A DNA stretch of 46,463 bases, taken from Candidatus Poribacteria bacterium. Its GTDB lineage: Bacteria; Poribacteria; WGA-4E; PCPOR2b. Shown piece by piece: positions 29,052 to 38,641 of this stretch. Every line of letters starts with the position of its first letter. Position 1 is the first letter of the stretch. The translations under genes and the position numbers were made by a program. The notes below the pieces were generated by a model. It did no database searches and was not told the origin of the DNA. It saw only the letters and a program-made list of their open reading frames with translations. The stretch spans positions 1-46,463 of the forward strand of contig JAKZSX010000302.1 of the NCBI GenBank assembly GCA_047517405.1, given 5' to 3'.

Positions 29052-29393
29052 TTATACACTGAAAGATTCACCACAACCACATTCGGATCTCGCATTGGGG
29101 TTGGTAATCTTGAAGCCTGACTCCATCAAACCATCTTTATAGTCCAATGTTGAGCCGGCGAGATAGAGTGTACTACGTGAATCGATGAAGACTTTCAACC
29201 CATGCTGTTCAAAGACTTTATCTCCGCTCTGCTGTTCATCAAACCCAAGATTGTACTGAAAACCGGAGCACCCTCCACCGACAACCTGCATACGCAGACC
29301 CTGCTCCGCGCTAGCATCCACACTCTCTTCTCCCGTCGCGCCCTGTATTAACAGTTGTGCTTTTTTTGCTGCAGCTTCAGTGACTGTAATCAT
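29052..29393 (-). CDS. iscA: Iron-sulfur cluster insertion/A-type carrier protein (HesB/IscA/ErpA family)
   Basis: 'LR..V.GGGCSGFQY.L.FD' and the C-terminal 'CGCGESF' three-cysteine signature. The start overlaps the upstream stop (ATGA). Confidence 0.92.
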   Translation of the reverse strand: MITVTEAAAKKAQLLIQGATGEESVDASAEQGLRMQVVGGGCSGFQYNLGFDEQQSGDKVFEQHGLKVFIDSRSTLYLAGSTLDYKDGLMESGFKITNPNARSECGCGESFSV

Positions 29394-29776
29394 GTTGATT
29401 CCCCTTCTTCATTCAGATGTGAAATATAATTATGGATTGCGGCTTTTAATACCTTTTCAGCAAGTACAGCATAGCGGATTTTATCCGACGGTAATCCCCC
29501 AAGTGCCTCATCGACTTGCCGATTCGTAATGTTCAGTGCTTCTTGAATTGTGCGTTCCCTGATTAGTTCTGTGATGAGGGAACTGGCTGCGATTGCAGTT
29601 GGACATCCAAAGGTCTTAAACTTTGCATCAACAACCCGCTCTTGAGAAACCTTAATTGTAAGTTTCATCATCTCACCACTAGCGGGTGTGCCAACAATAC
29701 CTACTCCATCCGCATCTCTAATTGTACCAACATTCCGCGGATTCTCATAATGCTCGATAACCTGTGGAGTATGCAT
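29390..29776 (-). CDS. IscU/NifU-N-like protein with a degenerate cluster-ligand set
   Basis: 'VIEHYENPRNVG' and 'KFKTFGCPTAIAASS' are clearly IscU-like. The other two conserved Cys positions are Ser ('GTPASGEMMKL') and Tyr ('KIRYAVLAE'). ATG 29776 with GGAG 6 nt upstream is preferred over the TTG at 29788. Confidence 0.85.
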   Translation of the reverse strand: MHTPQVIEHYENPRNVGTIRDADGVGIVGTPASGEMMKLTIKVSQERVVDAKFKTFGCPTAIAASSLITELIRERTIQEALNITNRQVDEALGGLPSDKIRYAVLAEKVLKAAIHNYISHLNEEGEST

Positions 29777-29819
29777 ATCCGGCTCCAAACTTCATGGTGA
29801 TTCGAAAACACTAGTCTAT

Positions 29820-29848
29820 ATTATATTGCACAAGCACTGTAATGTCAA
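29820..29848 (-). promoter_or_regulatory. Consensus sigma70 promoter for the iscU-like/iscA operon
   Basis: On the minus strand: TTGACA (29848-29843), 17-nt spacer, TATAAT (29825-29820). Both hexamers are perfect. It lies about 45 nt upstream of ATG 29776. Confidence 0.65.
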
Positions 29849-29899
29849 ATTTACTTTCGACGACACCCAATCTCGCTATTTCTTGTGCGTACGGAATTC

Positions 29900-31300
29900 C
29901 TATAGGCGTGGAGGACAAGGTTCTCCACGTTTTACGTTTCGCGCTTCAGCACCGAGGACCGCATCCTGCAGCCGACGGAGCTTAAGTATAAAGGAGTCCT
30001 CGTCGAGGGTTACCATATCGTAGGTAATCGCTGTTCCTTTCGCTAAATCCGTCTTCAATTTAGCTCCCGGTGCCAAGCCCAAAGGAAGCAGATTTTCCGT
30101 GCGGGCAATCTCCGCTTTTTCAATCAGCCCATTGACTGTATATCCACCGCCACCATCTAAAATCTCTCCCTGCTTCAGATCTCGCTTTGCGACGGTAATT
30201 ACTTCTGCGGTCGGTGTGGTCAAGGGCGCACCGGTGGGCTGCCCGTAGAGTGCTGCCTTGACAATAGAGATAGGTGCTGCAACTGCTACGAGGTGATAGG
30301 GACGATAGAGTAGAAAGTTCTTGCCGTTACCGCCCGGATAGAGATGGTACCCGGTCAAATCCTCCTGAGTGAAGGGATGGTCGGTTCGGATGACCACAAA
30401 AACCCCCATCCGAAGCGGTGAATCCAAGGGGGTAACCCCATCCTCCGCCACGCTATTGGCTAACTCTACCACCCCATGCCGACTCAGAAGTCCTCCCTCT
30501 TCCCGTAGACTGAAAGCTTGAGGAATCTGAGAGAGATTGAGTGAAGGTTCGTGCATACCCCGCACATCCGGCGGTAGCCCGGTCATATTCGATAACGCAG
30601 TCATCTCAACCTGTGCCTTGGTGCCATCCCGGAACGAATTGAACATTTTTAAGTTAATCGTCCGGCGCTCGATTACCTCTTCGCTGAACCCAAAACGTTC
30701 TGGCACCGTATCCGGCGTTCCCTCTCTATCATCGCCGTAGAAAACTGTGCCACGACCGGCGGCGACAATTTCAAATCCAAGCGTCTGCGCCCAATCCACG
30801 ATGTTCATGGTCACGCCGGGCTGATCGCCGTCTACAAGGGTGTAGACTACGCCAGCGGTATCCGCTAGACGGCTTAGATAGGGTCCTACGGTTACATCGG
30901 CTTCCACGTTGACCATCACCAAATGTTTGTTATGGGTCAATGTATGATATGCCATGCGGGCACCGACTTCTGGAATCCCGGTGGCTTCCACCACCACATC
31001 TACCAAGTCAGATTGGGAGATGAGCAGACCATCTTCGGTAACTGCCCGTTTGCCGCTGTGGATAGCTCCGTTCAGTTCCTCAACATTGTGTACAACTTTT
31101 ATGGCGTCCGCTGGTACACAACTCGATGTGTAGGCGTGCTTCGCGTGAGCCAAGTTAATATCGGCAATGGCACAGGTTTCAACGCCCGGCATTTGAGAAA
31201 GTTGTGCTACCAGCCCCGCACCGAATTTACCAGTGCCAATGATGCCCACACGGATGGGGTTATTTTCCGATGCACGTTTCGCTAATAATGCACTGAACAT
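29900..31300 (-). CDS. NAD(P)-binding oxidoreductase with C-terminal SAF domain (COG4091 'predicted homoserine dehydrogenase' type)
   Basis: N-terminal Rossmann 'IRVGIIGTGKFGAG'. The length and the C-terminal 'VITVAKRDLKQGEILDG.GG' SAF-like segment fit this family. Confidence 0.8.
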   Translation of the reverse strand: MFSALLAKRASENNPIRVGIIGTGKFGAGLVAQLSQMPGVETCAIADINLAHAKHAYTSSCVPADAIKVVHNVEELNGAIHSGKRAVTEDGLLISQSDLVDVVVEATGIPEVGARMAYHTLTHNKHLVMVNVEADVTVGPYLSRLADTAGVVYTLVDGDQPGVTMNIVDWAQTLGFEIVAAGRGTVFYGDDREGTPDTVPERFGFSEEVIERRTINLKMFNSFRDGTKAQVEMTALSNMTGLPPDVRGMHEPSLNLSQIPQAFSLREEGGLLSRHGVVELANSVAEDGVTPLDSPLRMGVFVVIRTDHPFTQEDLTGYHLYPGGNGKNFLLYRPYHLVAVAAPISIVKAALYGQPTGAPLTTPTAEVITVAKRDLKQGEILDGGGGYTVNGLIEKAEIARTENLLPLGLAPGAKLKTDLAKGTAITYDMVTLDEDSFILKLRRLQDAVLGAEARNVKRGEPCPPRL

Positions 31301-31330
31301 TACAGTCTCCTTGCGTTACGCAGATATGAA

Positions 31331-31978
31331 TCAGTTGTCTCTCAGGCGGCGAATTTCATGCCACAGTCCATCCACCTTTTGTTCTAACTCCTCAAGCGTC
31401 CCATCATTTTCAATCACGAAGTCTGCGTATTTCACCTTTTCGGATAGTGGCATCTGCGAATCAATCCGCGCTTGCGCCTCTGCTTGATTTAGGGGACGAT
31501 TTTGTGCGATACCTCGCTCCAACAAACGCTGAAACTGAATATCGAGTGAAGCCGTGACCACGACGATAATATCCACCGTATCTTGTGAGTTCGCTTCAAT
31601 AAGCAACGGTGCATCAATCAGAACAACACAATTTGCATCCTCGGTGACAAGTCTGTTCGCTTCGGAGCGAGACTGTTCGACAATCAGCGGGTGCATTATT
31701 GCGTTCAAACGCTCACGTACAGCTTTGTCATTGAAGACAATTGCGCCGAGCTTTTGACGGCTGACATCACCGGATTTGTCAAGGATGTCAGCCCCAAATG
31801 TTTCAAGTAACGCTCCCATGACCGGACTTCCACGCTTGAGCAACTGATGCCCGATCTCATCCGAGTTGATTGGAATCGCACCCTTTTTTGAGAGCAGTTT
31901 GGATACAGTCGATTTGCCACAGGCGATGCCCCCCGTGACACCGACGATGATGCCGCGATTGGAAGTTATTGGTTTCAT
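31331..31978 (-). CDS. coaE: Dephospho-CoA kinase
   Basis: P-loop 'IVGVTGGIACGKSTV', 'D.D.I.H.LL', 'IMHPLI' and 'VLIDAPLLIE'. The track ORF begins at TTG 32005. ATG 31978 (MKPITS...) is preferred. Confidence 0.9.
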   Translation of the reverse strand: MKPITSNRGIIVGVTGGIACGKSTVSKLLSKKGAIPINSDEIGHQLLKRGSPVMGALLETFGADILDKSGDVSRQKLGAIVFNDKAVRERLNAIMHPLIVEQSRSEANRLVTEDANCVVLIDAPLLIEANSQDTVDIIVVVTASLDIQFQRLLERGIAQNRPLNQAEAQARIDSQMPLSEKVKYADFVIENDGTLEELEQKVDGLWHEIRRLRDN

Positions 31979-32024
31979 AGAACGGAAACTCTTAGTAAGA
32001 GACAATGACCATTGATCCCTGCGC

Positions 32025-32054
32025 TTGAAAATTTTAACGTTGCGCGCTTATTAT
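32025..32054 (+). promoter_or_regulatory. Candidate sigma70 promoter for the Dph6-like gene
   Basis: TTGAAA (32025-32030), 18-nt spacer, TATTAT (32049-32054). It lies 25 nt upstream of ATG 32079. Confidence 0.3.
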
Positions 32055-32078
32055 TATTTCAGTTACAATTTAGTTATC

Positions 32079-32863
32079 ATGACTAAACAAACAACACACA
32101 CTGCCCCTATCTCCCGTATTCCTGTTCTAGTCTCTTGGTCTTCAGGTAAGGATTCCGCTTGGACCTTTCATACCCTACGCCAACAGGGTGACCGCTACGA
32201 TGTGCGTGGCATCTTCACAACCGTGACCAAAATTTTGACCGTGTCTCCATCCACTCCACACCCTCTTGGATCCTGAAACTCCAATCCGAAAGACTCGGCG
32301 TGCCATTATACGAGATACCGATACCGTACCCCTGTTCCAACGCACAATACGAAGCCGCCATGCGACAGTTTCTGGATCGTGTGCGAGCATTGCCCGAACA
32401 TCTGACGGTATCGCATTTCGCATTCGGAGACCTATTCCTAGAGGACATCCGCCGCTATCGTGAAGATAAGCTTAGCGGAACCGGTTTTACGCCGCTCTTC
32501 CCTATATGGGGACAAGATACTCCTACACTCGCTGAGGAGATGATCGCCTCCGGAGTACGCGCTATCGTAACTGCCCTCAATCCTACCATGCTACCAGCCG
32601 AATTTGCAGGTAGGTGGTTCGATCGCAAATTCCTCGCCGACCTTCCCGCAGGGGTAGATCCGCTAGGCGAAAACGGCGAGTTTCACACATGCGTCACTGA
32701 TGGCCCAATGTTCACATCGCCCATAGAAGCGCAACCCGGCCGAATAGTCCAAAGAGGCATCGCTTCCGCCGATGATGACGACAGCGATGACACCATTCAC
32801 TCGAGAAACCCGTCTCCCACGTATATCTACGCCGATGTAGAGCCCACAAACTCACATCGTTGA
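32079..32863 (+). pseudogene. Dph6-related / MJ0570-family PP-loop ATP pyrophosphatase, interrupted by a single frameshift
   Basis: The N-terminal part in frame 0 ('VLVSWSSGKDSAW...VRGIFTTVT') stops at 32276. The family continuation 'NFDRVSIHSTP..L..QSERLGVPLYEIPIP...FAFGDLFLEDIRRYRE...PLFPIWG...GENGEFHT' is in the +2 frame from about 32231. The switch coincides with the A4T4 run at 32229-32236. Confidence 0.75.
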
Positions 32864-32875
32864 TGCCGCCCTTCA

Positions 32876-34789
32876 TCACGGTTGTCTAAAACGGCGATTC
32901 TGATGGTAGCCCCACCATTCCACGGTAAGCAGCAATAGCGCGAGAAAAGCCGCGTATGCCCATATCTCTCTATTCACTTCCGGCAAATCGGACTGCACCC
33001 GTCCAGTGTCCATACCTCTGCTGGGATCATCCGCTAATTGGGGCGGCGAAAGGTCAGATTCCTGTGGGTTGAGTAGATTAGCTGCAAACCTGCCAAGTGG
33101 GTCGTTGTTAACGAATACAGTGTAAACACCAACCTGCGTCGTATCCGTAAAAACGATTCGGGAATCCGGCATCTGTAGTTCTCGCATGGTGTCGTCAGGC
33201 ATTTGGAGGGTCACCCGTTCAGCCTCGCCGATATGGTCATGGCGAATCTTTACAGCCCCACCTGTTTTAACAAGGTCGGGTTGGATTGGGGAGGTCGCTA
33301 ACCCCAACCACTCCAAACACTGAGACATCAGAATAGGGGCTGAAGGGATGGATGCAGCAAAGATTGAAACGTCCAGATCGAACGGATCAAACGCAAAAAC
33401 AACCATTCTACCTTCGGGCTGCTCTCCGAGCCAGATTAGCGGTGTCCGGTTTGTTTCAACAAGCGGAATCCCCCAAAGTGGCAATTGGGCTTGCAGCGAG
33501 GTCTTGACCTCCAAATCAATCAACGACACATCGCGTATCACCTCATGCGTTGGGTGCTGATCAATGACCTGAGTCGGTTGCTTGTTTTCTTGGGTAGGGG
33601 TAAAAGGAAGACCACCAATCGGGTTCAGGAAAACGATATTTCCTTCGGGGAGCGGATCCGGGACAAACTGATCAAAGATTAAGATATCGTTGTCCCCTAG
33701 ACCGTGATAATCCGACGTTTGGATCTGATTCAAGTTGACATACGGATCCGTTTTGAGAATCGCATTCAGCGGTGGCTGATTTCGATCGCTAACAAGTAAA
33801 ACCTTCCATTTGGGCGGTGGGTGCAAAATCGCCGCAGCGACGTTATCAACGGACAGGTCATCATCAATATCAAGCCGAGCGGTGACGACCTGTCCATAAA
33901 ATCGTTCGTCGTCCTCAAGAGAAAATACAATTGATGCGCTCTCTTTCGGTGGCAGGGCTACGCTTTTGTCTTCAAAAAACGACTTCCCTTCAATTCCCAA
34001 CTGCACCTGAAATTCTTTAGAGGTGTCCGCAAAACTTTGTACGCCAACGAGTAACTGATAGCGATTCGGTGGAGCTAATGCACGGGTAACGCTAAACTGG
34101 ACAATTGCAACGTTCTCGCTCCGATCTCCCAAACCGATTTTTTGAATCTGAACTGGATTTGCGGAATCGGGGAGCATCCGAAAATTGTCGCTAATAAAAA
34201 CAACCCCAACCGCATCAGGATTCAGCGAAGCCTGTGCCCCCGGTACACTCGCGTAAACAGCTACAGAATCGAACACCGCCTTCAGCGTTGGAGCGGTATG
34301 CACCACAGACAGATTCTCAACAGCCTGGCGCAAGTTTTCCGTATCCGATGTAAACGCCTGACGGATGTTATGCGGTGGGCGAGATGTATCCATAATCATC
34401 ATCTGCCCATTTGCTCCCAGCTGATTAATCAGTTTTAGGGCTTCCGCTTTTGCTACATCAAGGCGAGTTTCTCCCAAATCGGTTGCCCCCATACTCGCCG
34501 ATGTATCAATAACGAGAATCGACTGCTCGCTCAAGCCTCCTAGCTGACGCAGTGCTGGACGGGCTACACCGCCCACCACAACTAACAAAAACAGAATCTG
34601 AAGTGGGAGTAAAAGTGAGTTTCGCAGACGTTGGAAGGGGACATTCGCTTTCATATCCTCAATAGCCTCAAGCCAAAGTGTTACGCTGGGAACAACATGG
34701 CGTTGGCGACGCAGTTTGAGGAAATGCAGCAGCACCACAACGGGAATGAATGCTAAGAGATAAAAGGCAGAAGGGTTCAGGAAGTGCAT
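32876..34789 (-). CDS. BatA-like membrane protein with aerotolerance-regulator N-terminal domain and von Willebrand factor A domain
   Basis: N-terminal 'F.NP.AF.LLAFIPVVVLLHFLKLRR....VPS..LW' (BatA_N). VWA MIDAS motif 'VIDTSASMGATD'. C-terminal TM helix. Confidence 0.85.
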   Translation of the reverse strand: MHFLNPSAFYLLAFIPVVVLLHFLKLRRQRHVVPSVTLWLEAIEDMKANVPFQRLRNSLLLPLQILFLLVVVGGVARPALRQLGGLSEQSILVIDTSASMGATDLGETRLDVAKAEALKLINQLGANGQMMIMDTSRPPHNIRQAFTSDTENLRQAVENLSVVHTAPTLKAVFDSVAVYASVPGAQASLNPDAVGVVFISDNFRMLPDSANPVQIQKIGLGDRSENVAIVQFSVTRALAPPNRYQLLVGVQSFADTSKEFQVQLGIEGKSFFEDKSVALPPKESASIVFSLEDDERFYGQVVTARLDIDDDLSVDNVAAAILHPPPKWKVLLVSDRNQPPLNAILKTDPYVNLNQIQTSDYHGLGDNDILIFDQFVPDPLPEGNIVFLNPIGGLPFTPTQENKQPTQVIDQHPTHEVIRDVSLIDLEVKTSLQAQLPLWGIPLVETNRTPLIWLGEQPEGRMVVFAFDPFDLDVSIFAASIPSAPILMSQCLEWLGLATSPIQPDLVKTGGAVKIRHDHIGEAERVTLQMPDDTMRELQMPDSRIVFTDTTQVGVYTVFVNNDPLGRFAANLLNPQESDLSPPQLADDPSRGMDTGRVQSDLPEVNREIWAYAAFLALLLLTVEWWGYHQNRRFRQP

Positions 34790-34792
34790 TGT

Positions 34793-35245
34793 TTACATTG
34801 TCGCAGCTGCCTCCTCCGCAGAGGAATCGTCTTTGCCGTTCTCTTGATCCGCGAATTTCTGCAAAACCTCCTCTGCGTCCAAACGCCCGGTTTCGCCGTA
34901 GTCTGTCTTTAGCTTGTCACACTCCGCATGGACTTTGTCATAGTCATGTAGCTCATAGTAGATATTTGCAAGGTTTTTGTGCATCTCCCTGAAAATCCCC
35001 GGCCAGTTGCGCGTGGACTCTAAGTTGATCAGTCGCGTTGCCCCTTGGATCGCCTTATTCACGATTTCATCGAGTTCTGCTTTCTCATCGGCGGGAAAAC
35101 GACTTACATCCTCACCGTTCTTTTGCATTTCCTCAATCCGTTCATTGTATGTCCCCAATCTACTTAGCGCTTTATCACAATCGTTGTAGGTCCTTTCAAT
35201 GCTGAGTGCACCTTCAAAAATCTTTGAGAGAAACCCCAATTTCAT
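34793..35245 (-). CDS. Small helical hypothetical protein with acidic tail
   Basis: The ORF lies between the DUF2851 and BatA-like genes. ATG 35245 has GGAGG 6 nt upstream, whereas the track start at 35302 would overlap the upstream gene by 29 nt. I recognise no family. Confidence 0.6.
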   Translation of the reverse strand: MKLGFLSKIFEGALSIERTYNDCDKALSRLGTYNERIEEMQKNGEDVSRFPADEKAELDEIVNKAIQGATRLINLESTRNWPGIFREMHKNLANIYYELHDYDKVHAECDKLKTDYGETGRLDAEEVLQKFADQENGKDDSSAEEAAATM

Positions 35246-35273
35246 AAATGACCTCCATCTAAACACTGGTATA

Positions 35274-36668
35274 TTAGTTTTTAATGACCCCACCTCCCTC
35301 AATAACAGGGCAGAGATCGCAGAGTTGGCTGCTACAGAAATTTCTGTGGAGATAAATTGCGCCCTGCTGTTTCTTGGCAGAAGGAGAGATGAGTTTAATC
35401 GGTTGCTCTTGGCTGAAAATTTGTGCCTCGATCCCTTGAATGATATGGTTCTCTTGCAGTTTTGGATAGCTATCGTACAATCGCTGTACCGCTTCTGTCA
35501 GCTTTAGACTTTCGGAGTGCTCAGCCCATACTAACGTTAGCGGCAACAAGATATTGACAATAATGTCGGAGGCACGAGCAGCACCAATGAGTGCCGCACC
35601 GCGTTGTGGGATGCCTTTTCCGAAATGGGAATGGTCCTCCCAGTAACCGGAAGGGGCAAGGGTCAACCTCTCTTGCAATCGATGCCGAATACGCGCCAAT
35701 GCTCTCTTATTCGCCGTTGCTGCCCCCTCAATTAGCGGCAGGAAATCCATCATCAGGGTATTTTGGCAGAGACTGATAATTTGGGCGATGGCAGGGATGC
35801 GGCGGGAGGGGTAATTGGCTGGACGCATCTTGGCAAAATGCCACTGCTCTGCCATCATACGTGTAGGGTTTTTATACTGTTCAGCAGATTCCCAAATCGA
35901 CTCCAATTGTTCAATAAACTTCCTATCCCCTTCGTCCCATTCGGTCTCCTGCTGAGATTGCGAAGGAAGCAACCCCGACATGCCAAACAGGATTGCTTGA
36001 ATCGTTTCATCGGACTTGCTAAGTAGTTCCGAAAGGGGCACCCGTTGCGCCAATTCCCGGAAGGGCTTACGGTTCTTGGCATAGCCCAACGCCTCCATGA
36101 TACCTTCGTACAGCAGCTGCTCAAAATCAACTCGAACTAGCAGGTTTCGCATCATACCCGCTTTTTCCAGTAACCGCTCCTGACCCAGATTGTCAAAGAC
36201 CGATTGGACACGCTCGATTTTGAGTCTATTGCCTGTTACCCGGCAAGCCCCAGGAGATTTCTGAGTTGACTCCCTTTCGTCGAACAGATCGCCAATCGGT
36301 GCATCGAGTCGGTCTAGGAGTTCAAGCGTTGGAATCCGCTTCCCACTCTGAAGTCGCGTCCGAAGGTTGATGTCATCGTTCAAGAAAACAACATGCAGGA
36401 TGACACGATTATACCTCGGATCGAGATGGTGCTCGTGATTATACCAGCTTGACGATCTGATATGAATCTCCACATCGCCAGCATACAGGTCTCCATCAAT
36501 CAAGATCTCCGCATGCACAAAATCTGGTCCTGCATCGCTATTCCAGAAGCCCGGCTTAAGCACCTGAATCGGTCGACCGTCTGTGGATTTGAGATCGAAA
36601 TCCAAGAACCGCTGATCGTTCCACACAGTTTGAACAAAATGCTCGTCAATATTCTTGAGGTCTACCAT
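35274..36668 (-). CDS. DUF2851 family protein
   Basis: The N-terminal pattern 'VW..QRF......T.DG..I.VL.PG.WN.D.GPDF..A.I.I......GDVEIH...S.W..H.H..D..YN.VILHVV' matches my recollection of DUF2851. Confidence 0.75.
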   Translation of the reverse strand: MVDLKNIDEHFVQTVWNDQRFLDFDLKSTDGRPIQVLKPGFWNSDAGPDFVHAEILIDGDLYAGDVEIHIRSSSWYNHEHHLDPRYNRVILHVVFLNDDINLRTRLQSGKRIPTLELLDRLDAPIGDLFDERESTQKSPGACRVTGNRLKIERVQSVFDNLGQERLLEKAGMMRNLLVRVDFEQLLYEGIMEALGYAKNRKPFRELAQRVPLSELLSKSDETIQAILFGMSGLLPSQSQQETEWDEGDRKFIEQLESIWESAEQYKNPTRMMAEQWHFAKMRPANYPSRRIPAIAQIISLCQNTLMMDFLPLIEGAATANKRALARIRHRLQERLTLAPSGYWEDHSHFGKGIPQRGAALIGAARASDIIVNILLPLTLVWAEHSESLKLTEAVQRLYDSYPKLQENHIIQGIEAQIFSQEQPIKLISPSAKKQQGAIYLHRNFCSSQLCDLCPVIEGGGVIKN

Positions 36669-36715
36669 TCAGTGCCTCAACCTGAAAATGGAGTCGTTGG
36701 CTATCTGAAAGGGGA

Positions 36716-37735
36716 TTACTGTCCAATTCCCATGATTATCCCCCATTCGCCAACCCCCCATCGGCGTGTTTTATCTAGGGCGTCGATAGCGTATAGCGGT
36801 GAGGAGCTTCCGGTTTCTTCGCGTGTCCATGTTTGTCCACCATCGGTAGTGTGCAAGATGGTCCCAAAATCGCCGACAGCCCAACCGGTTTGTGAATCGA
36901 CGAAGGCGATATCATATAAGCTATCGTAAGAATCGGTCTTCTGTTTTGCCCATGTGGCACCCCCATCTTGGGTGTGGAGGATTGCACCTTCTTGGCCCGA
37001 AATCCAGCCCGTGTTTTCATCGACAAAATCGATCCCTTTCAGATTATTGTCCACGCTAGCATCCTGATTTTCCCATGTTGCACCGCCATCGGTAGTCCTC
37101 ATAATCGTTCCGAACGAACCAACTATCCAACCGAGCGTCGGCGATACAAAATGGATCCTTTCATAATTAGTGCGTGAGTACCCAACAGCCACGCGCACCC
37201 CTGTGCCAAACCAGCTTTCGCCACCATCAGTGGTTTTAATGAAGGTGTCGTTTTCTCCAACTATATATCCAATCTGTTCATCCACCATCCATGTATCTGT
37301 CAAACGACGACGAAGGACGGCGGGATTCCCATCTCGACCTACGCTGCCTTCATTAATTGCTGTTTTGCTTTCCCAAGTTTGACCACCATCAGCTGTCTTG
37401 AGGATGACACCCCTCACCCCTGTGATAAAACCGACACTTTCATCTTTAAAGTAAACGTTCCAGAAATCAACCGGGCGTTCCATCTCGACGGTTTTCTGCA
37501 TCCATGTCTTTCCGCCATCGGTCGTCTGGAGAATCAATCCTTGAGATCCCACAGCCCAACCATTCATAGCATCAATAAAATCCACATCCTGAAGATGCCC
37601 TTCCACACCGTCATTACGCATAAAGTCGTCATTCCGCAAAACTGTCCATTTCCCAGTCCCATAGACGTGGGGGAGTATCAACAGCCCAGAGATCGTTAAA
37701 ATCAGCACTAATCTCAAAATTCTTGTTGATCGCAT
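36716..37735 (-). CDS. BNR/Asp-box repeat beta-propeller protein (Ycf48 / photosystem II stability factor-like)
   Basis: Signal peptide. Six or more repeats of '(T)TDGG.TW' (for example TTDGGKTW, TADGGQTW, TTDGGESW, TTDGGATW, TQDGGATW, TTDGGQTW). GGAGG RBS. Confidence 0.85.
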   Translation of the reverse strand: MRSTRILRLVLILTISGLLILPHVYGTGKWTVLRNDDFMRNDGVEGHLQDVDFIDAMNGWAVGSQGLILQTTDGGKTWMQKTVEMERPVDFWNVYFKDESVGFITGVRGVILKTADGGQTWESKTAINEGSVGRDGNPAVLRRRLTDTWMVDEQIGYIVGENDTFIKTTDGGESWFGTGVRVAVGYSRTNYERIHFVSPTLGWIVGSFGTIMRTTDGGATWENQDASVDNNLKGIDFVDENTGWISGQEGAILHTQDGGATWAKQKTDSYDSLYDIAFVDSQTGWAVGDFGTILHTTDGGQTWTREETGSSSPLYAIDALDKTRRWGVGEWGIIMGIGQ

Positions 37736-37755
37736 TGTGCCCTCCTTGCTATAAT
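37726..37755 (+). promoter_or_regulatory. Candidate extended -10 promoter for the second ECF sigma operon
   Basis: TTGATC (37726-37731), 18-nt spacer, TGcTATAAT (-10 at 37750-37755). Confidence 0.4.
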
Positions 37756-38035
37756 CGTTTAATGCGAGTCTATTCAGCGACTTATTTCGATATAGATGGG
37801 AACTAGCACCAGCTTACCTCTTTCCCCAAAACATCGGCCAACAAAATTCATTGTACCCCTTTTTTCGTATTACGTCAACAAAAATTTCCCTTTAGACATT
37901 TCTACCTGTGAACCCAGCAGGAACGTGGGAGATTTCTACAAAATCAATAGGGTATCCATCAAATTTATAGACAAAGGTTGCAACTTACTGGATCGATCGG
38001 TGTGTTTCTAAGCAAGCACCCGCGGAGGACCGATT

Positions 38036-38641
38036 ATGCCAGATCTGGACCATGAATTGATGAAACAATGTCAACAAGGGAATATAGAGGCGTTTGATCT
38101 GATCGTGCGCCGAAATCAAGTGCCTCTAGTCAATTTTATCGCCCGGTTCTTAGGCGATCCGGACGCCGCTGAGGACTTGGCACAGGAGACATTTGTTCGT
38201 ATGTTCAAAGCAATCAAACGATACAAATCCGGAGTGGCAAAGTTCAGCACCTGGATGTATCATATTGCTTCCAATCTGTGCAAAAATGAACTGCGAAATC
38301 GGGGACGGCGGGGTCGGTTCTTCGTTGATAGTGTGGCCACCGAACCCTCCTCCGGTTCCGAATCAACTGAAGAGGATCTGATCGCGACCGCTCCCGCGCA
38401 TGTCTCCCTCCAACCCGGGAACCAACTTGAACGGAAAGAACGTGAACATGCTGTGCAAAGTGCGATTTCGGAACTCCCCGAGCGATATCGATTGCCGCTG
38501 ATTCTCCGGGACCTGCGAGAGCTGAGCTATGAGGAAATCAGTAACACCTTAGCTCTACCGCTCGGAACGACGAAATCGCGCATCAACCGCGCACGGCTCA
38601 TGTTAAAAGATAAATTGAGAAGTTTTGTGGAGTCATCATGA
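38036..38641 (+). CDS. ECF-type RNA polymerase sigma factor (RpoE-like)
   Basis: Region 2 ('AEDLAQETFVRMF', 'FSTWMYHIASNLCKNE') and region 4 ('LPERYRLPLILRDLRELSYEEISNTLALPLGTTKSRINRARLMLK'). GGAGG RBS. Confidence 0.92.
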   Translation: MPDLDHELMKQCQQGNIEAFDLIVRRNQVPLVNFIARFLGDPDAAEDLAQETFVRMFKAIKRYKSGVAKFSTWMYHIASNLCKNELRNRGRRGRFFVDSVATEPSSGSESTEEDLIATAPAHVSLQPGNQLERKEREHAVQSAISELPERYRLPLILRDLRELSYEEISNTLALPLGTTKSRINRARLMLKDKLRSFVESS

